NCBI RefSeq assembly: GCF_964188315.1
Contig: NC_135660.1
Coordinates: 96,844,001 to 96,908,000 of the forward strand
Reading direction: 5' to 3'
DNA: 64,000 nucleotides
Origin: Podarcis muralis
Taxonomy: Eukaryota
The notes beneath the pieces are model-generated. The model was not told the DNA's origin, did no database searches, and was given only the letters and a program-made list of their open reading frames with translations. Position numbers and translations under genes: made by a program. Below, in pieces: positions 1 to 9,900 of the stretch. The number at the start of each line of letters is the position of its first letter. Position 1 is the first letter of the stretch.

Positions 1-630
1 GCCGCCGGGTCCGCTCTCGCGCACATGGCCCGGCGAGAGGGCGCCTCCCCTACGCGCTCTGTGCCCCCTCCCTCCCCCTTTTCGGCCCAGCGCGCCGCCT
101 TGCCTGTTCGTGCGCCGCGCGTGTGAGGCGAGCGGGAAGGCCGCGTAGCCCCCCATGCAGGAGACCCAGGAGAGCCCGGCGGCCGCCGAGACCCCCACCG
201 CTCTGCCCGCCCAGGACGAGGGGCCCGGAGGAGGAGGAGTTGAGCCCGGCGGCGGTAGCGGAGGAGAAAGAGGCGGCGGCGGCAGCAGCAGCGGCGACTC
301 GGAGGCCGAGCTGCCGGACGGGCCTTCCGCGGAGGAGCCTGAGGGGAAGAAGGAGCCCGAGCCCGAAAAAGGCGGCGGCGGCGGCGGCGAGAAGGAGGAG
401 GCGGAGGAGAAGCCGCGAAGCAGCAGCGGCGAGGAAGAGGAGGCCGCTGGTGAGCGTCGGGAGCAGCCACAACCGTCTTCGCCTCCGGCCGCTGAGGCCG
501 CCTTCGCCGCCTCAGGAGCCGCCCGAGGTTGCCGCTGTAGCCGCCGCCGCAGAGGAGCCGCCGGAGCGGCACACCAGGCAACATCTCGCGGCACACTAGT
601 GTGCCGCGGAACACCGGTTGGGAAACACTG
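1..630 (-). mobile_element. One end of a hAT (Charlie-like) non-autonomous element with a GC-rich interior; other end outside the window
   Basis: The minus strand from 630 reads CAGTGTTTCCCAACCGGTGTTCCGCGGCACACTAGTGTGCCGCGAGATGTTGCC, a Charlie-type terminus. The flank 631-638 GTCTAAGC resembles the NTCTAGAN target preference. The partner TIR and TSD are not visible. Confidence 0.55.
155..449 (+). other. First-exon-like acidic Gly/Glu-rich ORF segment of an unidentified gene, in a CpG island, antisense within TTLL12 intron 12
   Basis: ATG at 155, 98 codons (MQETQESPAAAETP...GEEEEAA), donor-like G|gtgagc at 449/450, GC-rich putative 5'UTR upstream. Protein not recognised. Confidence 0.4.
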
Positions 631-897
631 GTCTAAGCAACCTTACTGATGACTATTCCTGCCAAATTAGCACTAGACACAGGATGCAACCATGTGAAAT
701 CTTGAACCACTACTGAAGCCACAGGGGGGAAATAATCCCAGTACGTATAATTAGAACCACCTGTGGCCCATTTTATGGAGTAATGACCTATGTGTGAGAG
801 ACATAATCATGATAATAAAGCAATCTATGGCAGAAAAATGAAGCTCTGGTAATTTTTTAATTAAAAAAATTAAATTACTGAATCACAGGTGCCTTAC

Positions 898-966
898 TTG
901 CACAGATTTCCAAGAATGCTCAGGATACTGTTTCTCAAAGAGAGGGATAAATTCATCATAGTGGAT
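898..966 (-). CDS. TTLL12: TTLL12 exon 12 (IHYDEFIPLFEKQYPEHSWKSVQ)
   Basis: cag acceptor after a pyrimidine tract, gtaagg donor, 69 nt, phase 0->0. Confidence 0.94.
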
Positions 967-3900
967 CTGAAAAAGAAGAGACCATTTGGTTATCAAGGTA
1001 TTCTTTTAAGCATGATCACGAAACTTTACCAATTTTCACCTCTGTCCTCCTTACAACACCTCTGCAAGTTAGGATCCAGTTCTTGCAATTTTACGTCCCA
1101 TATTTGAAGGCTGCTTTCTCTCCCACACCCCATGCTGAATACTCTTGTCGTAAGAGCCCATAAAACTTAAGTCTCCAAGGGAAACTGGCAGCCTCAGAAG
1201 GCGGAGGGTGAACTCCAGAGCTGGGGAACCTGCACTCCAACAATATAGGCTCTTGTCAAGCTGATGGGATTTGGAAATCCCTTCCCTGGAAACATGGAGG
1301 CTCACAGAAGGCTCCGTTAAATAGGTGATAATCAAGGCTGGTGCTTGCATGAAGAAGGGCGAAGTGATTTGCCTCAGGTGCCAGATCCGCCCTGTCATTG
1401 TGCCACTACCGGCCTCACCACGGCTTCACCTGAGCCCTCGCCGCTGCATCATGGGTGCAGTTGCAGTGGCCGGGTATTGCGTTTATAATCCTGCATTTGC
1501 TCCAGGCAGCATATGGGAGTTTCCAGGTGCCCCCCCCCCAAAAAAATTCATATGTGTTTAGTTAGCTTTGGTAGGGTTGTTGTAGAAGGTGGCTTCAAAT
1601 TTATCATTACAGTCATACTTTGGTTGTTGACCGGAATCCGTTCCGGAAGTCCATTCGACTTCTGAAAACGTTTGACAACCAAGGTGCAGCTTCCGATTGG
1701 CTGCAGGCGCTTCCTGCACGGAATCGGAAGCTGCATCAGATGTTCAGCTTCCAAAGAACATCCGCAAACTGGAACACTCACTTCCGGGGTTACGGTGTTC
1801 AGGAGCCAAAACCGACAAGTACCAAGGCGTTCTGGATCCAAGGTACAACTGTAATTTGTTGTTTATTACAATTCTATCCCACCCTTAATTCCCCAAGAAG
1901 CCCAGGGTGTCAAACAACCATGTAGCCACTGGGCTAAAGGGAGTCAGGGGCTGGTGGGCCACATTTCAACCCATCACACCATCTGGTCCACCAAGCTCTC
2001 CTTTTCCTGTATAATTTACTCACCTGTTTTAACGAGACTCCAGAAGCATAGTTCATGACCGTAAAATGCTTCTCATAATCATCCAAGTCATCAAGTGAAA
2101 ATGCTCTGAAAAGGAAAAATGGATGAAATACAACATTCATTCTACACAAAATTCAGCAATGCCTCAAGTCCAACCCTTCTCAATGCGTGGTAGAAGCTGC
2201 CTTCTTACCTATTTGAGAACCGTAGCCAAAACACATCATAAACATACAGTCGGAGTGGCTTAACTGATCGCAACAACACAATGTAACGGATGTCAAATTT
2301 AACTAATCCCACATCTTCAAGAAAGAACAACACTGGGTTCTCAATGTACTTGGATACCACCTGAAGACAGAAGAATAAGAAACCCCAGGTCAGACAATTT
2401 CAACTTTGTACCTTCAAATATTTGTACCTCTCCTTCTGGCCAATGTTGGGCCCTCAAAGCAGCTTACAATTACAAGCCGTGTAAAAAGCTGCAACACGAT
2501 TAAGAATAATTGTGAGATCAACCACTAAAAGCAAAGTGAAGGTGCTGCACACACAACAGTGAGAGTATCCAATCTCCCCACCTCACAATGAAGCTGCCAA
2601 ATGTAGACCTGTCTCTTTTCAGGCACAGATGGCTTATAAATAAAAACAAGAATGTGCTCTCCTTTTTTCAGTTTTGTTTTCCTTTAAGCTGTTGTTCTGC
2701 TTTTATCAAAGCAAGCAAAGCATCTGGAAACCAAGCCTTATGAGGAACAGTTGAGGGAAATGGGTATGTTTAGCCTGGAAGAGAGGAGACTGAGATGAGG
2801 TATCATAGCCATCTTCAAATATCCAAAGGGCTGTCAAATGGAAGATGGAGAAAACTTGTATTCTCCTGCTCCGGAGGGTAGGACTCGAACCAATGGCTTC
2901 AAGTTACAAGAAAGTAGATTCTGACTGAAGATCAGGAAGAACTTTCTGACAGCAAGAGCTGTTCAACAGTGGAACAGTCTCCCTCGGGAGGTGGGAGACT
3001 CTCCTTCCTTGGAGTTTTTCAAGCAGAAGTTGGATGGCCATCTGCCATGGATTCTTGTGATTCCTACCTTGCAGGAGGTGGGACTGTATGGTCCTGGGGG
3101 GCCTTCCAACTCTACAATTCTATGATTCTATGCTAGAATTTCATGTAGTTTTGACTCAAAAGTGATTTTTTTGCACTGCACTTAAAAAGAACTTATGATT
3201 CTAAGGAACAAACCGAATATATCACCAAGTATCACCAGAAATTATGAAAACAATTTGATGTCAGATTACCTGGTTGCCTTGGGCTGCAAAAGGGTACTTA
3301 GATACTTGAGTTGAAAAAGGTGTGCATTAAAAATTTAATGCTGTAAACTGAATAACCAGTCTAGGAAGAGGGAGCAAAACACTTCTTGATGTTTATACCT
3401 AAGTGGTATCTTACTTCTCAGAAAACAGTGTGGTAGCTAAGGCCTAAAGTGGCAATTATCCAATGTTTATTACCGTCAAAAATGTACAGACATATGGGCT
3501 GAAAGAAGCCACTGGAAAAAACACTTCAAATGTTGTAATGCAATGACCACTGCTAAACATTGCTAAACATTGTATGCAAGTTTAACATGAACAACGAAGA
3601 TCGCGTCACAGCAAAGACATCGAGAACCTTTTTAAATGTAAAAGGAAAACGACAGTGAGATGCTCCAGGGAATAAGAAGCTATGCTGCAAAGACCCATTT
3701 TGCTCTGACCTTAGGGATGCTCTCTCTCTGCCTGATGATGTTGTTAAGACTCTTTGTGATGTGGGTGTCCAGGCTCCTGGCCAAGTTCCACGGTTTGCAT
3801 ATCCAGTGGTTGTCCTCTTCCCTACAGTGGGCCCAAGGAAGGAAGGAAGGAAAGAGCAGGCGTTTGTCCATTGCATGTTTGAATGCAAACATTCCCAGGC

Positions 3901-6900
3901 AAGAATACTCTACCCTGGGCTGCACCACTTGTGATTCACCAAGACAAATCCATGTTCTGCTTAGTCCTCCTCATTTCCTCTTTGATCAAGAGATGCCCAA
4001 CGGAAGAGGCACAAAGCACAAATGGATGAAAGATGCCCAACAGAAATGGGCTCATCAAGCTATGCAACAGGCATAGCAGGTGGGCTGTGTGGACCACAAG
4101 TTAGGCAGCCCTCTTTACACCCAATGATTATATTATATTGGTTTAAACTGAGACTATCATCTGATTTAATTCTCCCTGTGTTAGGTGAATTTGAGCACAG
4201 AAATAAATAAAATAACAGTGCTGTTTAACTTCTTACTGTTGGTCCACAGACAGCTTTCCGGGTCATGTAGTCAGCATGACTAAACCACTTCTGGCGCACG
4301 GAGGACCATGACGAGTGCCAGAGCGCACAGAAACGCCGTTTACCTTCGCACCACAGCACTACCTACTCGCACTGGTTTGCTTTTGAACTGCTAGGACGGC
4401 AGAAGCTGAGACAGAGCAACGGGAGCTCACCCTGTTGCGTGGATTCAAACTGCCAGCCTTCTGATCGGCAAGCCAAGAGGCTCAGTGATTTAGACCGCAG
4501 CGCCACCTACTCCTCTTGCTTTTTACTATACATCATACAGAGAATGTGAGGCCATTAAAGTAAGTAACTATAAAAACAATACTGATCAAATCAATTAGAA
4601 GTTTTCAGCCACCACCCTTTTAACAAACAAGCTGAACTGAGATACATCTACACCTTGCCAAAATTTATGTGTTTCTCAGGTTAGGGTTTTTTGTTTTGTT
4701 TTTAGAGATACCGAAGAAGTATTAATCACAATGCAAACATAAAGGCTACCACTCATGGTTAGGAAAAGGCAGCCACCTTTCCATTACAGGACACTCCTCT
4801 ACTCTTAGAGCCAGCAATTAAAAGTTGTTCTCCCTAATTAAAACTGGCCCTCTCAAGTAACTAAGTACTAAAAGCTTTCGTTCAGGAGTACGAAGGGAAG
4901 GTCACTTTTCCCTTTCTGGTGCCACATTACTTTGAGGGTGTGGGACGCGGGTGGCGCTGTGGGTAAAAGCCTCAGCGCCTAGGGCTTGCCGATTGAAAGG
5001 TCGGCGGTTCGAATCCCCGCGGCAGGGTGCGCTCCCGTTGTTCGGTCCCAGCACCTGCCAACCTAGCAGTTCGAAAGCACCCCCGGGTGCAAGTAGATAA
5101 ATAGGGACCGCTTACTGGCGGGAAGGTAAACGGCGTTTCCGTGTGCTGCGCTGGCTCGCCAGATGCAGCTTTGTCACGCTGGCCACGTGACCCGGAAGTG
5201 TCTCCGGACAGTGCTGGCCCCCGGCCTCTTGAGTGAGATGGGCGCACAACCCTAGAGTCTGTCAAGACTGGCCCGTACGGGCAGGGGTACCTTTACCTTT
5301 ACTTTGAGGGTGGATCTGCATGCCAGCAACAGATGAGGCCAGAGCAAAGCAATGGGTGGAGGTGGTTTCATTCCACCTCTTACTTCTCCCTCACCCCCAG
5401 TTACGTGATTCCCACAGGGGTGACCCAGAGAGCCAGAGCAGACAAAGAGGGTAGAATTCCACTATAAAGGTAAAGGTAAAGGTAAAGGGACCCCTGACCA
5501 TTAGGTCCAGTCGTGACCAACTCTGGGGTTGCGGCGCTCATCTCACTTTAGTGGCCGAGGGAGCCAGCTGGTACTGGTCATGTGGCCAGCATGACTAAGC
5601 TGCTTCTAGCGAACCAGAGCAGCGCACAGAAATGCTGGTTACTACTACTACTACTAATAATAAATTTTATTTATACCCCGCCCTCCCCAGCCAGAGCTCA
5701 GGGCAGCTAACACCAATAAAATCACATAAAAACATAATAGGAATTTATTTTTTAAAAAATACAGGTTAAAATGCAATTTAAAGTGCAACCTCATTTTAAA
5801 ATAGTTGATAAATCAAGACCCTAAGGGGAGGGAAACATAAGGGTCGGACTGAGTCCAAACCAAAGACCAGGCGGAATAGCTCTGTCTTGCAGGCCCTGCG
5901 GAAAGATGTCAAGTCCCACAGGGCCCTAGTCTCTTGTGACAGAGCGTTCCACCAGATCGGGGCCAGTGCTGAAAAGGCCCTGGCCCTAGTTGAAACCAAT
6001 CTAACCTCCTTGAGGCTCGGGACCTCCAAAGTGTTGTTATTTGTGGACCTTAAGGCCCTCCGTGGGGCATACCAAGAGAGGCGGTCCCGTAGGTACGTGG
6101 GTCCTAGGCCGCATAGGGCTTTAAAGGTCAAAATCAGCACCTTAAACCTGACCCTATACTCCACTGGGAGCCAGTGCAGTTGGTAAAGCACTGGATAGAT
6201 GTGATCCCGCGGCAAGGACACCTGCCAGAGCAGTACCTATTTATCTACTTGCACTTTGTGCTTTCGAACTGCTAGGTTGGCAGGAGCTGGGACCAAACAA
6301 CGGGAGCTCACCCCGTCTCAGGGATCTGAACCGCCGACCTTCTGATTGGCAAGCCCTAGGCTCTGTGGTCTAACCCACAGCGCCACCCTTGGGATTCCAC
6401 TATAGTTTCCACTATTTCAGCCACTATTGCACTTTATCTTGGCACATAAAATTAGGGATACTGACTACAGATGCAAATTGTTATTTCTGTGCAAGAAGCG
6501 AGCTGGACTCACCTCCTTTCGCGCTGCTTAAAGTAACTGATGAACTGTGGTAATTCTGTATGAAGATTAAAGGTGCGGGGCAGCCATTTTGGCCCCTCTG
6601 AGCCCCCAATGCGCCTTGAGATGGATGCCAGACAATCCTTCACGGTCAAGAGGTTCTCGCAAGGAAACTGATTCAGCATCACATGAGGCCTTTCCTCACT
6701 CAGTTTCCTACAAGACAAGGAATGCATTTAAAAACAGAGAGCTGCGCAGCCGAATATACGCATATTGAACAGGTAAGAAAAATTGTTACTTGCAGGGAAA
6801 TAGCTGTGTAACCTGAAATCTTTGAAGTGAGAGAAGTTGTAGAGAATGTCAGCTTCTTGCTCAGAGTCCGTAAATTCAAAACGGGGGTGAGTCAGATTCT

Positions 6901-9900
6901 GAAGGACCTGTTGGAGGTCTGTGTAAACTCTGGTTTAAAAAAAAAGGGGGGGGGGAGGAAGAAAATATATGAAAGAAGCTCTCAGGAGGGAGGCATATGG
7001 AGACTCTAATAAATAGCGCAGTTGAAGTTCCTGAGAAGTATTGCTTTGGCACTAGGGAAAGCGCCACACTTGTGAGACTTTTCAGCCCCCAAACATCCTG
7101 CAACCCAAGCCACACATTCCTGTCTTTTCTAGACAATTATAGAAACATATTTATTGACACATCTACAGTAGTGCCTCGCAAGACGAAATTAATTCGTTCC
7201 ACAAGTTTTTTCTTCTTGCGAGTTTTTCGTCTTGCGAAGCACGGTTTCCCATAGGAATGCATTGAAAATCAATCAATGCGTTCCTATGGAAACCGACTTC
7301 AGACCAGGTCCGGGGACAGTCTGTCCCCCGACCTCTTCTGAAGGCTGGGGGGGGGGAACAAGGGCTTTTCTTCCCACCCCCAGCATTTTAAAAAAACCCC
7401 GGACAGCGGAGGACTTCTCCGCTGTCCGGGGCGATTTAAAAGCCCCCGGGAAGGCAGGCAGGGGGGAGCAAAGACTTTTGCCCCCCGCCGGCCTTCAGAA
7501 GAGGTCCTGGACCTCTTCTGAAGGCCGGCGGGGGGCAAAAGTCTTTGCTCCCCCCCCCCGCCTGCCTTCAAAAGCCGTCCGGGATAGCGGAGAAACGAAG
7601 GCTGGTGGCGGGAGGAGGTCTCTCCGCCCCGCCGCCAGGCTTCGGAGGAGGTCCGAGGACAGCGGGGAAGACGCGCTGCGCTTCCCCGCTGTCCCGGAGA
7701 TTTCCCTATGGGCTTTCGTCTTGCGAAGGAAGCCCATAGGGAAATTCGTTTTGCAAAGCGCCCCCAAAATGGAAAACCCTTTTGTCTAGCGGGTTTTCCG
7801 TCTTGCGAGGCGTTCGTCTTGCGGGGCACCACTGTATATGCCAACCTTTATCATTATGAGAATCAAATGCACAACACTATCAATTTAAAACAGCAATAAA
7901 AAATCACCAGTATCCATACATATACATACATACATACATACATACATACATACACACACATACACAAACACGATTTCAAAATTCACCATTACCCTACCTG
8001 GATGCAAAACCCACAGTAAAGGGTAGAGACTAACCAAAATGTCACAAAAGAGCGAGCAAGCTTTCGTGTGCCCCAGAACTCTTTATTAGGCAAGATGTTA
8101 AACCAATTTTAAAAAGTAGGAGCATAATATGTGCTGGGATGATATGAAAGCAACAACACCTGCCAGTTGTACCTAGATAATACCGTTCAAAAAAATTCTT
8201 ATCCAAAAGGTAGCTGCTTATTTAAATAAACCTAAAAGTCACTTTTGGAATCGCTGAGTTTGGAACCAAGAATTGAGGCCCCAGTAAGATATAAGTACCA
8301 CCTTCATCGAATAGCAGAAATATGTTACTGGAAATTTAACATGAGATCACATTGCTCACAATATCACATCATCAAAACAAGGAAAGTTCACTAGATTTTC
8401 TACTTGCTCTTAGCCAAAACAGTAAACTAGTGTGGCTGTCATGTTAAGCAATAGTTTGTTTTAAACATGACTTCACCATGAATGTGTTGTCCCCCAAGTG
8501 TTCCTTATAGCACAATAAGAAACCATGGCCTATTTCTGTTTCCCCTCTTGGGGTTTGTTACAAACAAACAAACAAACAAACAAACAAACAAACAAACTTA
8601 ACTTTGGACAATATGACAAACCATGGGGGCGGTGGAAGCTGCCCAAGGGCCTGGGAAGCATGTTCACAAATGTACCTGTGGGGGGGTGGGTTGTTTTTGT
8701 TGTTTTGGTTTAATTATTTACTTGTGTTTTATCTTGCATTTTATTCTGTGAAGCGCTAGGGATCCTTTGATGAAGGGTGGTATATAAATAAAATAACATA
8801 AAATAAAATGCCATTGTTGAAAATAAATTATGACTTAGTGCAATGTGCAAATAGGTCTCTAGTCTATTTAGAAGAATACAGTCATGCCTCTATAAAAATA
8901 TTTCCATTAAAAACTAAAAACCTATGTACTCAGTCTTTGAAAAACACACATGCATATAGGCAAACACACTTTTTTCCTCAAAATGTACAAGAATGCCTGT
9001 GTGATGGAGAGGAGAGAGATGGATTTGCATTAACTCAACCTAGCACATACCACTTAACAGCTGTGAATAGGGAATACAGATTTCCAAACAGAGTGAAGGA
9101 AAAAGACCTTCTGGCATGCTACAACAGCGGCTTGCTAGGCCACTATCCAAACATACTATATTTCTACTTAGCAGCAAACACCCATAGTTGTGTATTCAAA
9201 AAACCTGCTCTCTCATTGTTGCTGTTTTTTCAGTTAACTAGGAAGCAAAATATTGGCAACCCTCCTGCAGAACAAACACACCGAACTTTGCAGGCTTAGT
9301 AATGTTTTCCTTTCTCTGCAGTGACTCATCTTCTCCCTTGTTTTTACTGCAAGAATTAAAATGGTTCTCTTGCTAGTACAGTATTCCTTACTGATATAGC
9401 CTCTCTTTAAAATGCATTACCTTCTTGTTATTATTCTCCCCAGGGTTGGACATGAAGATTCACATTAACAACCTATAATCTCTACGATTTTACACAAACT
9501 CATCCACTACAATTATTTGAAAGCAACATTATTCCTCTCTTTTCTGCATCACATTGAACTTCTCCTATATAGGCAGCAGAATCCAGGGCTAAATGTCACA
9601 GTATGCAATAAATGGAGCTAGCTCTCCACTGCTGGAAAACCACTCACAGAAGTCATACGTTTGTTGCAAAACACACCATTTGGAAATACGTACTTGAAGA
9701 TTTTGTTTTTGTCATAAACAGGAAGCTTTATTGGAATAGGAAGCGTCTCCTTGTTCTCACTTAAGATGGCCTAAAACAGAAAACACCAGTGTTATGAAGA
9801 TAATTTATACTGTAGAAGACACAACAGTTTCAATTGTGGTGAGGACAATTTGCAGGCTGATTCTCACATATATGTGTTGACTCAGAAGGTAAGTCCTACA

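Noticed and set aside
50-649. Alternative-frame ORFs (140 aa minus, 158 aa plus) and the read-through tail of the 164-aa ORF
   Set aside because: GC-rich, stop-poor low-complexity sequence; the tail of the 164-aa ORF runs through the donor site and the transposon end.
646-716. C/D-box snoRNA-like TGATGA ... CTGA pair
   Set aside because: It is on the strand opposite the host gene, box C is imperfect and there is no terminal stem.
1-897. TTLL12 truncated or pseudogenised because exons 13-14 are not seen
   Set aside because: Exon 12 has a normal donor and all 12 exons are intact and in frame; the missing exons most simply lie beyond the window edge.
7232-7899. Overlapping 60-185-aa ORFs on both strands
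   Set aside because: They fall inside a GC-rich palindromic MITE with no transposase motifs.
8808-9299. 163-aa plus-strand ORF
   Set aside because: No recognisable domain or splice context; chance ORF in TTLL12 intron 6.
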